The notes below the pieces were generated by a model, which worked only from the letters and a program-made list of their open reading frames with translations, did not search any database and was not told where the DNA came from. A DNA stretch of 64,000 nt from Oscillospiraceae bacterium (GTDB lineage Bacteria; Bacillota; Clostridia; Oscillospirales; Oscillospiraceae): contig JAHAWY010000041.1 of assembly GCA_018385135.1 (NCBI GenBank), positions 25 to 64,024 of the forward strand, written 5' to 3'. The translations under genes were made by a program, and so were the position numbers. Shown here in pieces: positions 56,731 to 64,000 of the stretch (its first letter is position 1; the number at the start of each line of letters is the position of its first letter).

Positions 56731-57831
56731 ATGTTATTCCAAGTTTACGGTGATGGCGCACTTATGCAGTGGCTCGGAATGCTGGCAGTCCTCGTTGGTC
56801 TTATTGTTCTCAACGAGCTCGCCCGCAGAACCAAGGTCGGCGGCATTCTGCTCATCTTCGTGCTTCCCGTCATCGTCACGGCATGGCTCATTGCCATCCA
56901 GTTCCTGCCTGCGGAAAGCCTTCCTTCTTTCGGACAGGACACCCTGAAAGAAATGAACGGTTGGTTCCATTACGCAAAGCTTTATGCCGCTCTTACAGGC
57001 TGCATCGGCTTTATGATGATCAAGTACAAATGGGGCATCGGCAAAGAGCATTGGTTTAAACCCTTCCCCTTCATCATCGTTGCCATCAACATCCTCATCG
57101 CAGTTGCTTCCGACTTTGAGTCCGCTATCAACGGCTTTGCTGCCGGCGGCGTAGCAGGCGGCTACTGGATGAGCTCCGAGCAGGTTTGGCTCTATGGTGG
57201 CTGGCACAATGTTATCAACGGTATCGCCGGTATTATCAACATCTTCTGCATGACCGGCTGGTGGGGCGTTTATTCCTCCAAGGATCTCAACAAGCAGGAT
57301 ATGGTCTATCCTGACTGGACCATTGCCTACATCATTTCCTATGACATCTGGAACTTCGCTTACACCTACAACTGCCTGCCCACCCACTCTTGGTTCTGCG
57401 GCATCGCTCTGCTTCTTGCTCCGACAATCGCGGCTCTCTGCTGGAACAAGGGCGGCTGGATTCAGAACCGTGCAAACACCCTGTTCTTCTGGTGCGTATT
57501 TGCACAGGTATTTCCTGCATTCCAGAACCACTCCATCGTTTCCACCGTTCCCGTTCTCTATCCTGCCGGAACTGCTATCGGTCAGGTTCAGGGCGTCTAT
57601 GCAAACGTCGAAGAGGCTCTTGCAAATATGCCCATGCCCACCGAGGCTCACTGGGGCACAATGCTCGTAGTTTCCCTCCTTGCTCTGGTTGCTAACGTCT
57701 TTGTTATCGCTGTCATCATGACAAGAGCTAAGATCTACCACAAGAACCCCTACAAGGAAGAGATTTGGTGGAACACCAAGGACTTCCAGAAGGCCATGGC
57801 TCGTGCAGAGGAGCTTCCCGCAGCAAAATAA
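56731..57831 (+). CDS. Hypothetical integral membrane protein (about 9 TM, Trp/Tyr-rich); no family recognised
   Basis: AAGGAGAG RBS before the ATG at 56731. It has repeated hydrophobic helices, its own promoter, a leader of about 150 nt and its own terminator. Confidence 0.7.
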   Translation: MLFQVYGDGALMQWLGMLAVLVGLIVLNELARRTKVGGILLIFVLPVIVTAWLIAIQFLPAESLPSFGQDTLKEMNGWFHYAKLYAALTGCIGFMMIKYKWGIGKEHWFKPFPFIIVAINILIAVASDFESAINGFAAGGVAGGYWMSSEQVWLYGGWHNVINGIAGIINIFCMTGWWGVYSSKDLNKQDMVYPDWTIAYIISYDIWNFAYTYNCLPTHSWFCGIALLLAPTIAALCWNKGGWIQNRANTLFFWCVFAQVFPAFQNHSIVSTVPVLYPAGTAIGQVQGVYANVEEALANMPMPTEAHWGTMLVVSLLALVANVFVIAVIMTRAKIYHKNPYKEEIWWNTKDFQKAMARAEELPAAK

Positions 57832-57850
57832 TAACTTCTCTTTACTACAT

Positions 57851-57885
57851 AAAAAGACCTTGTCCTATGGGCAAGGTCTTTTTAT
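57851..57885 (+). terminator. Intrinsic terminator after the membrane-protein gene
   Basis: aaaaagaccttg-tcctatgg-gcaaggtcttttt. Confidence 0.8.
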
Positions 57886-57923
57886 CTCAAAACCCCACAA
57901 TTCGCACTTTTTTGTAAAAAGCC

Positions 57924-57951
57924 TTGACAATATGGAAATGAAAGCTATAAT
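57924..57951 (+). promoter_or_regulatory. Sigma-A promoter preceding the lysine riboswitch
   Basis: TTGACA (57924-57929), 16 nt, TATAAT (57946-57951). Confidence 0.6.
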
Positions 57952-57994
57952 TGGGGATGTACTTTTAAAAACATCCTTCAAGCGAGGATAAAAA

Positions 57995-58237
57995 AGGCTA
58001 TGATAGAGGCGCGATTTCCATCAGTACCCTCCGTTTGACCAGGTTTCGCGGTGTGGGAAAGGGGCAGTCGCCGAGGTGCGGTATAGCGTTGACCTGAACG
58101 CAGCCGTTGCCGGGTCTGTGGATAATATCCCCAGAACTGTCACATTTTTGTGGAGCGCTGTCATTGACCCAAACATACCATATTTGTATGCTTTAGTCAT
58201 GTAATGCGGTCTGCTCCCGCGTACATGGCTTTTTTTG
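57995..58237 (+). promoter_or_regulatory. Lysine riboswitch (L-box) with terminator expression platform
   Basis: The conserved blocks occur in the correct order: AGAGGCGCG, AGUA, GGAAAGGGG, GUCGCCGAGG, CCGGG and AACUGUCA. They are followed by terminator catgta-at-gcgg ... ccgc-g-tacatg plus T7 (58198-58237). Confidence 0.85.
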
Positions 58238-58293
58238 TTCCCCCGGAGGAGCAAAAGCAGCGCATCTGCTGCAAAAATGGGAGGAATTATTCT

Positions 58294-59988
58294 ATGAAAA
58301 TCCGCAACCGCAGAGTCTTCGCCACTATCATTCTGGCGCTGATGGTCTGCGCACTTCTTGCCACCTTCGCCTTTGCCGATGGTGAGCAGGTGTCCTGTCC
58401 CGACTGTGAGGGTCTGGGCTCTGTTGAGTGCGCCACCTGTGAGGGCGCGGGCGCTATCGACGCACCGCACGAAAGTAATATGTTCGGCACTTTCTGGTCG
58501 CTCGTGCCGCCCATCGTCGCCATTGTTCTGGCGCTTATAACCAAGGAGGTTTTCTCCTCGCTGTTCATTGGCATTGTTGTCGGCTGCCTGTTTTATGCCA
58601 ACTTCAATGTTGAGCTTGCAGTCAACACCATGCTCAGCAGCGGCTTTATCGCATCTCTGGCAGACGGCTGGAACGTCGGCATCCTAATCTTCCTCGTGGT
58701 TCTCGGTGCTGTTGTCGTTCTGATGAACCGCGCCGGCGGCTCTGCCGCATACGGACGCTGGGCATCTGAGCACATCACCAGCAAAAGCGGCGCTCTCGGC
58801 GCTACCTTCGGTCTTGGCTGCATAATCTTCGTTGACGACTACTTCAACTGCCTTACCGTCGGCAGCGTTATGAAGCCCGTTACCGACAAGTTCAAAATCT
58901 CCCGCGCAAAGCTGGCTTACATAATCGACTCTACGGCAGCTCCTATCTGCATGATAGCCCCAATCTCAAGCTGGGCTGCCGCGGTTTCCGGTGTTGTTGA
59001 GGGAACAGACGGCATCCAGCTTTTCATCAGCGCAATTCCCTACAACTTCTATTCCCTGCTCACCATTGCAATGATCATCTTCCTCTGCATAACAAAGCTT
59101 GACTTTGGTCCTATGAAGCGCCACGAGCAGAACGCCGAAAACGGCGACCTGTTTTCCGGCAGCGAGCCTCCTTATATTGAGGAAAGCAAGCACAGTGACA
59201 AGGGTCGTGTCTTTGACCTCGTGATACCCATCCTCCTTCTCATTTCTCTTTGCATTCTCGGCATGGTTTACACGGGTGGTCTTTTCAGCGGCGAGAGCTT
59301 TATCAACGCTTTCGCTAACTGCGACGCTTCCGTTGGTCTTTCACTCGGTTCTCTCCTTGCTCTTATCATTATAATGATCTACTTCATGTGCCGCGGCGTC
59401 CTCAGCTTCAAAGACTGCATGAGCAGTCTCCCTGAGGGCTTCAAGGCAATGGTTCCCGCGATCCTTATCCTCACTTTCGCATGGACTCTTAAAGCTACCA
59501 CCGGTCTTCTCGGTGCTCCCGAGTATGTCAGCGAGCTGGTTCACGGCAGCGCAAAAGCCCTTCAGCTTCTCCTGCCCGCTATCATCTTCCTCGTTGCCAT
59601 CGGTCTTAGCTTCTCTACCGGCACAAGCTGGGGTACTTTCGGTATTCTTATCCCCATCGTCACCGAGGTTTTCCCTGTCGGCAGCCCGCTTCTCATTATG
59701 TCCATCTCCGCCTGCCTTGCCGGCGCTGTATGCGGCGACCACTGCTCCCCCATCTCCGACACCACCATCATGGCGTCCGCAGGTGCGCAGTGCAACCACG
59801 TTTCTCACGTTTCCACCCAGCTTCCCTATGCTCTTGTCGTTGCAGCGGTTAGCTTCGTAAGCTACATCATCGCAGGCTTCGTTCAGAATGCTTGGATTTC
59901 TCTGGGTGTCGCGCTTGTTCTCATGATCGGCGTTCTGCTCATTATCCGCGCCGTCCAGAACAGCCGTACCGCTGACGCGGTAAAATAA
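58294..59988 (+). CDS. NhaC-family transporter with an N-terminal signal anchor and double CxxCxGxG zinc-knuckle extension
   Basis: The core starts at FWSLVPPIVAIVLALITKEVFSSLF, typical of NhaC-type antiporters. The N-terminal 60 aa contain a TM helix and CPDCEGLGSVECATCEGAG. GGGAGG RBS precedes the ATG at 58294. Confidence 0.85.
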   Translation: MKIRNRRVFATIILALMVCALLATFAFADGEQVSCPDCEGLGSVECATCEGAGAIDAPHESNMFGTFWSLVPPIVAIVLALITKEVFSSLFIGIVVGCLFYANFNVELAVNTMLSSGFIASLADGWNVGILIFLVVLGAVVVLMNRAGGSAAYGRWASEHITSKSGALGATFGLGCIIFVDDYFNCLTVGSVMKPVTDKFKISRAKLAYIIDSTAAPICMIAPISSWAAAVSGVVEGTDGIQLFISAIPYNFYSLLTIAMIIFLCITKLDFGPMKRHEQNAENGDLFSGSEPPYIEESKHSDKGRVFDLVIPILLLISLCILGMVYTGGLFSGESFINAFANCDASVGLSLGSLLALIIIMIYFMCRGVLSFKDCMSSLPEGFKAMVPAILILTFAWTLKATTGLLGAPEYVSELVHGSAKALQLLLPAIIFLVAIGLSFSTGTSWGTFGILIPIVTEVFPVGSPLLIMSISACLAGAVCGDHCSPISDTTIMASAGAQCNHVSHVSTQLPYALVVAAVSFVSYIIAGFVQNAWISLGVALVLMIGVLLIIRAVQNSRTADAVK

Positions 59989-60008
59989 ACCGCAGCAGAA
60001 CACTTTTC

Positions 60009-60045
60009 CGCCGCCCGCATTTTTATGCGGGCGGCTTTTCCTTTC
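60009..60045 (+). terminator. Intrinsic terminator after the NhaC-family gene
   Basis: ccgcccgcat-tttt-atgcgggcgg plus a T-rich tail. Confidence 0.75.
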
Positions 60046-60190
60046 CGGACAGCAATACTTCCCGCCGGAAAGCACTTTTCACGCCAATCGACATAAAAGC
60101 TCGCGCACGGCGTTTTTATTGGACAGCCATGCTATGCCGTAGTATAATAAAGGGTATGATATCACTATAAAGTGTTTAGAGGCTGCTGAT

Positions 60191-62059
60191 ATGAAAATAC
60201 TGCCTATATTTTTCCTGGTGCTTGCCATTGCTCTCGTTCTGCTTTTTTTCGAGATGTATGTTATTTTGCTTCGCCGTAAGGCTCCGGCGGCAAATCTTGC
60301 CGAGTGCGAAACGGCGAGGCTTTCCTACCCGCGCCGCCGCTATCCGATGCAGCGAAGGGATCTTCTCCCTCTTATTCTCATAACCGTCATATACGCTGTG
60401 ACCGCTTTCTGGGGACTGGGGAACAAGCAGTCGCCGCAGAGCTTTTGCAGCTTTTCCGAGCGCGGACGCTATGTTATTATAGAAATGCCCTCCGAAACCT
60501 TAGTTACCCGCATTTCCTACTTCACAGGGCTGCACACGGGCAACTACTTCGTCCAATTCTCGCTTGACGGCGAAAACTATACCGACGAGCTTACTTTAGA
60601 GCAGAAGTATTCCGACATTTTTAAATGGCGCGAGGCTACTTTCAGCAGCGGCAAGGGTACAAAATATATTCGCATAATATCCGACGCGAAGCTTGACATG
60701 GGAGAGCTTTGCATATATGACTGGGCGGGAGACCCCATATCACCGGGCAACTTTTTCTTTGACGAGGGCTGCGCGCCGCTTTTCGACGAACAAAAGCTAG
60801 TGCCGGAAAGTGAAAGCTACCTGAACAGCGCCTATTTTGACGAGATATACCACGTCCGTACCGCCTATGAGCACATTGAGGGCGTAAAGCCCTATGAAAC
60901 CTCGCATCCGCCGCTCGGCAAAATAATAATCGGTCTGGGCATCCGTGCCTTTGGGCTTAGTCCCTTCGGCTGGCGCTTTATGGGCGTGCTGTTTGGCATC
61001 TTAATGCTGCCGGCGCTTTATGTTTTCATCAAAAACCTTTTCGGCTCAACGGCAATAGCCGCCTGCGGAACGGGAATATTCGCCTTTGACTTCATGCACT
61101 TTGTGCAAACGCGCATCGCAACGATAGATACCTACGGCGTGTTCTTCACAATTTTGATGTACCTTTTCATGTACCGCTTCATAACAGCGCCTAGGGACGA
61201 ATTTGCCCCCGGGTGGAAATCATGGCTGCCGCTGCTGCTTTCGGGTATATGCTTCGGTTTGGGCGCAGCGAGCAAATGGACGTGCATCTACGCGGGCGCG
61301 GGTCTGGCACTCATCTGGCTGCTTTTCCGCATCTTCCGCGGACGAGAGCTGGTCAAAGCCGGTCATTTGCGCGAGCACAAGCGCGAGCTTATTACAAATA
61401 TTTTTCAATGTCTGCTGTTTTTCGTGGCAATTCCGCTTGTTATATATTATCTGAGCTACACGCCCTACGGCATTGCAAACGGCATGAGCGCACCCGAAAT
61501 GTATTTTGACGGCGACTACGCGCAGCTTGTTGTTAATAACCAGCTTTCCATGTTCCGATACCACTCCGGCGTGGATGCAACGCACCCTTATTCCTCGCGC
61601 TGGTATCAGTGGATAGTGGACGGACGCCCCATATTGTATTACCTGCGCTCGCTGCCGGAAAACCAAAAAAGCTCGTTCGCCGCCTTCTTAAATCCTCTGG
61701 TGTGCTGGGGCGGTCTTGCGGCAATGCTTGTAATGGCGTGGCGCAGCTATAAATATCACGACGGCAAAGCGCTGTTCATTTTTATCGGCTATCTGGCGCA
61801 GTTGGTGCCATGGATGTTCATTTCGCGCATCACCTTTGAATACCACTACTTTCCCTGCCTCATCTTTTTGGTGCTCGCCATCTGCCATATGTTCAACTCC
61901 TTCCGCCTGCGCAGCCCGCACTGGAAGCGGATTGTTTTCACAGCAACAGGGCTTTGTATAGCACTGTTTGTCGTCTTTTATCCTGTACTCACAGGCATTC
62001 CCATATCGCGCAGCTACACCGATCTTCTCGCGTGGATACCCGGCGCATGGCCTTTTTAG
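60191..62059 (+). CDS. GT39/PMT-type phospholipid-carrier-dependent glycosyltransferase with an inserted discoidin-like domain
   Basis: YFDEIYHVRTAYEH...SHPPLGK loop-1 motif and a multi-TM core. An extra segment of about 130 aa (YIRIISDAKLDMGELCIYD) lies between the first TMs and the DE motif. Confidence 0.8.
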   Translation: MKILPIFFLVLAIALVLLFFEMYVILLRRKAPAANLAECETARLSYPRRRYPMQRRDLLPLILITVIYAVTAFWGLGNKQSPQSFCSFSERGRYVIIEMPSETLVTRISYFTGLHTGNYFVQFSLDGENYTDELTLEQKYSDIFKWREATFSSGKGTKYIRIISDAKLDMGELCIYDWAGDPISPGNFFFDEGCAPLFDEQKLVPESESYLNSAYFDEIYHVRTAYEHIEGVKPYETSHPPLGKIIIGLGIRAFGLSPFGWRFMGVLFGILMLPALYVFIKNLFGSTAIAACGTGIFAFDFMHFVQTRIATIDTYGVFFTILMYLFMYRFITAPRDEFAPGWKSWLPLLLSGICFGLGAASKWTCIYAGAGLALIWLLFRIFRGRELVKAGHLREHKRELITNIFQCLLFFVAIPLVIYYLSYTPYGIANGMSAPEMYFDGDYAQLVVNNQLSMFRYHSGVDATHPYSSRWYQWIVDGRPILYYLRSLPENQKSSFAAFLNPLVCWGGLAAMLVMAWRSYKYHDGKALFIFIGYLAQLVPWMFISRITFEYHYFPCLIFLVLAICHMFNSFRLRSPHWKRIVFTATGLCIALFVVFYPVLTGIPISRSYTDLLAWIPGAWPF

Positions 62060-62090
62060 TTGAAACACATTGTTATAAAGGACTGTTATC

Positions 62091-62912
62091 ATGGAACTAA
62101 GCGATTATCACATTCACAGCATCTGCTCCGAGGACGGACACTACACCATGTCGGAAATTGCGCTTGCCTCCTATGCGCAGGGCGTCAGGCGTCTTTGCTT
62201 TACCGACCACTGCGACCTTGACGACTATATGACAGGCTATCCCAAGCAAAACAGCTATGCCCACCGCGAAAAAACGATAGAAATGTTCAAGCAGGCTCTT
62301 GCCGACAAGCCCGCGGATATGCGCCTTTTCCTTGGCATGGAGTTGGGTGAGGGCAACCATGACCCTGCACGCGCGGCTGAGATCGCCGCCTCTCCTGAGC
62401 TGGACTTTGTCCTCGGCTCACTGCACAACTTGGAGAAAAAAACGGATTTTTACGAGATCCACTACGAAAGCTACGAGCAGTGTGCGCAGCTCATGGACGA
62501 ATACGCCGATGAGCTTGTGGCTCTCTCAAAGCTGGATTTTTACGATGCTATGGCGCACATCGGCTATACTATTCGCTATATGCGCCGCGACGGTTTTGAC
62601 GTAAGCTTCGATTTGGAGCATTTTGGCGACAAGGTGGAGGCAACACTTAAAAACCTTATCGCCGGCGGGCGAGGAATTGAAATAAACTGCTCCGGCTACC
62701 GCACGAAAAGGATACTTTCTCCCGTTCCGGGAGTGGACATTCTGCGCCTTTATAAGCAGCTCGGCGGCGAGATAATAACAGTCGGCAGCGATGCCCACCG
62801 TACAAACCAAGCGGGAAAAGGTCTCGCGGAGGGGCTTGACACGCTGCGCGAACTGGGGTACAAATATTACACTGTCTTTGAAAAAAGAAAGCCGGAGTTT
62901 ATCAAGCTCTGA
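62091..62912 (+). CDS. PHP-domain phosphoesterase (histidinol-phosphatase HisJ family)
   Basis: DYHIHSICSEDG, FTDHCD, GSLH and VGSDAH metal-binding motifs. Confidence 0.8.
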   Translation: MELSDYHIHSICSEDGHYTMSEIALASYAQGVRRLCFTDHCDLDDYMTGYPKQNSYAHREKTIEMFKQALADKPADMRLFLGMELGEGNHDPARAAEIAASPELDFVLGSLHNLEKKTDFYEIHYESYEQCAQLMDEYADELVALSKLDFYDAMAHIGYTIRYMRRDGFDVSFDLEHFGDKVEATLKNLIAGGRGIEINCSGYRTKRILSPVPGVDILRLYKQLGGEIITVGSDAHRTNQAGKGLAEGLDTLRELGYKYYTVFEKRKPEFIKL

Positions 62913-62952
62913 GGCTTTCCAAAAACGAATAAAGAAACGGAGAAAGAAAAAA

Positions 62953-63393
62953 ATGATAGCAATCGGAAGCGACCACGGCGGCTATGCGCTCAAGCAGGCA
63001 ATTATGAAGCACCTTGAAAAAAAGGGACTTGAATACAAGGATTACGGCACTTACACCGAGGATAGCTGCGACTATCCCATTTACGGCGAGGCGGTTGCCC
63101 GCGCCGTGTCCGCCGGCGAATGCGAGCGCGGCATAGTTATCTGCGGCACAGGCATCGGCATCTCCATGGCGGCAAACAAGGTCAAGGGCGTTCGCGCCGC
63201 CCTCTGCGGAGATTGCTACAGTGCAGAGTTTACCCGCCTGCACAACGACGCGAACATTCTGGCACTGGGTGCCAGAGTAGTCGGCGAGGGTCTGGCGCTT
63301 AAAATAGTGGACACTTTTTTGGAAACCGGCTTTGAGGGCGGCAGACACGCGCGCCGCGTTGCGCTTATCAGCGAAATAGAGGAAAGGGGCTAA
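62953..63393 (+). CDS. rpiB: Ribose-5-phosphate isomerase B
   Basis: MIAIGSDHGGYALK and ICGTGIGISMAANK. Trimmed to the ATG at 62953. Confidence 0.92.
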   Translation: MIAIGSDHGGYALKQAIMKHLEKKGLEYKDYGTYTEDSCDYPIYGEAVARAVSAGECERGIVICGTGIGISMAANKVKGVRAALCGDCYSAEFTRLHNDANILALGARVVGEGLALKIVDTFLETGFEGGRHARRVALISEIEERG

Positions 63394-63424
63394 GCGCCCC
63401 GCCCGCTAACGGGAGGAAGCAGCC

Positions 63425-63808
63425 GTGGCAATAAAACCAAAGGACATATACGACGGTCGAAAGAAAAAGCGCTCGCCGGGAGCGATCATCACGCTTGTAA
63501 TTATTCTTATAATAGCGCTGGTCATCGGGCTTTTCTATTGGCTGCAAAGCCTCTGCATCTATGACGACGAGGGCAATGCCAATATTGTCTTTCCCTTCAC
63601 CAAAGAGGCTCGTGAGATAAAGAAAGCCCAAAGTGAGGAGCCGAACAGCCCGGAGAGCAGCGGCACGCCCCCGGACGATTATACGCAGTCCGTGGGAAGC
63701 ACGAGCACCCCGGAGGAAAGCGGCACACAGTCTGAGGACGGCACACCGGAAAACAGCGGCGACCCTTCGGAGCCGACCGTTCCGCCCGGCATAATCCCCA
63801 CTGAATAG
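63425..63808 (+). CDS. Hypothetical membrane-anchored protein with an acidic Pro/Ser/Glu/Thr-rich tail
   Basis: GTG start after GGGAGGAAG. It has a single TM (IITLVIILIIALVIGLFYWL) and then low-complexity sequence. Confidence 0.5.
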   Translation: MAIKPKDIYDGRKKKRSPGAIITLVIILIIALVIGLFYWLQSLCIYDDEGNANIVFPFTKEAREIKKAQSEEPNSPESSGTPPDDYTQSVGSTSTPEESGTQSEDGTPENSGDPSEPTVPPGIIPTE

Positions 63809-63869
63809 AGAGTTTTTTGCCATATACCTGCGGCTTTGTTCTCCGTACAGCCAAAAATCAAAAAAATAC

Positions 63870-63906
63870 TTGCAAATCGTCAAGTTGTATGTTAGAATAC
63901 AACTTG
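63870..63906 (+). promoter_or_regulatory. rpmE promoter overlapped by a perfect 10-6-10 inverted repeat
   Basis: TTGCAA (63870-63875), 17 nt, TAGAAT (63893-63898). The inverted repeat caagttgtat-gttaga-atacaacttg (63881-63906) covers the -10. Confidence 0.55.
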
Positions 63907-63943
63907 CGTTTTGACAGCTAAACTCATGAAAGAGGTGAACATA

Positions 63944-64000
63944 ATGAAGGAAGGCATCCATCCCAAGTACGAGCAGACCACCATTAGGTGCGCTTGCGGC
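63944..64000 (+). CDS. rpmE: 50S ribosomal protein L31 (5-prime fragment, continues beyond the window)
   Basis: MKEGIHPKYEQTTIRCACG. AGAGGTG RBS. Confidence 0.88.
   Translation, partial: MKEGIHPKYEQTTIRCACG

Noticed and set aside
58117-58125. A perfect DnaA box (TGTGGATAA, the reverse complement of TTATCCACA).
   Set aside because: It is a single isolated copy inside the conserved core of the lysine riboswitch. There is no cluster of boxes, no AT-rich unwinding element and no dnaA or dnaN nearby, so it is coincidental.
1-64000. A search for CRISPR arrays, tRNA or rRNA genes, transposases, integrases, toxin-antitoxin pairs and defence islands.
   Set aside because: I found no direct-repeat or spacer arrays. 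I saw no tRNA-like T-arm or acceptor signatures in the intergenic regions. No ORFs carry DDE, tyrosine-recombinase, nuclease or methylase motifs. The window is core-genome-like throughout.

Overview
This is a 64-kb chromosomal window from a moderately GC-rich (about 55%) Firmicute that looks like a spore-forming member of the Clostridia. Supporting markers are yabP-yabQ-divIC, a SleB-like hydrolase, whiA, hprK, and ECF and BMP transporters. All family calls are made by eye from motifs; no database search was possible. I call about 60 protein genes, and nearly all are housekeeping. They are, in order:
- metA, thrS, ychF, ftsH-hpt-tilS, and dnaB-rplI-gdpP
- a polar amino-acid ABC operon
- yabP-yabQ-divIC-S1, dnaE, and whiA-yvcK-rapZ-murB-hprK
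- rpmB and hrcA-grpE-dnaK-dnaJ
- a threonine aldolase-like gene, a Noc-like ParB, and xpt
- a BMP/nucleoside ABC operon
- ygiQ, a GT4-CsaB fusion, and folC-folT-ruvX
- rpmG-secE-nusG-rplK-rplA
- an NhaC-family transporter, a GT39 glycosyltransferase, rpiB, and the start of rpmE

Recognisable cis-regulatory elements are a T-box (thrS), a guanine-type purine riboswitch (BMP ABC operon), a lysine riboswitch (NhaC gene) and a tandem CIRCE operator (hrcA). I also mark several sigma-A-like promoters and intrinsic terminators.

I saw no rRNA or tRNA genes, CRISPR arrays, transposases, integrases or phage genes. I found no convincing new multi-gene system.

The most unusual locus is 56.4-60.0 kb. There the ribosomal cluster stops after rplA. 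It is followed by an AT-rich promoter with helically phased AATTG repeats. A structured leader with a duplicated hairpin comes next, then an unrecognised 9-TM membrane protein. Last is a lysine-riboswitch-controlled NhaC gene carrying an N-terminal DnaJ-type CxxCxGxG zinc-knuckle extension.

Other points worth a second look:
- a Thr-to-Pro change in the invariant DLGGGTFD motif of DnaK
- a PurN-like ORF lacking the catalytic triad
- YgiQ translationally coupled to a DUF1294 protein
- domain fusions: histidine phosphatase-GNAT, GT4-CsaB, and GT39 with an inserted discoidin-like domain
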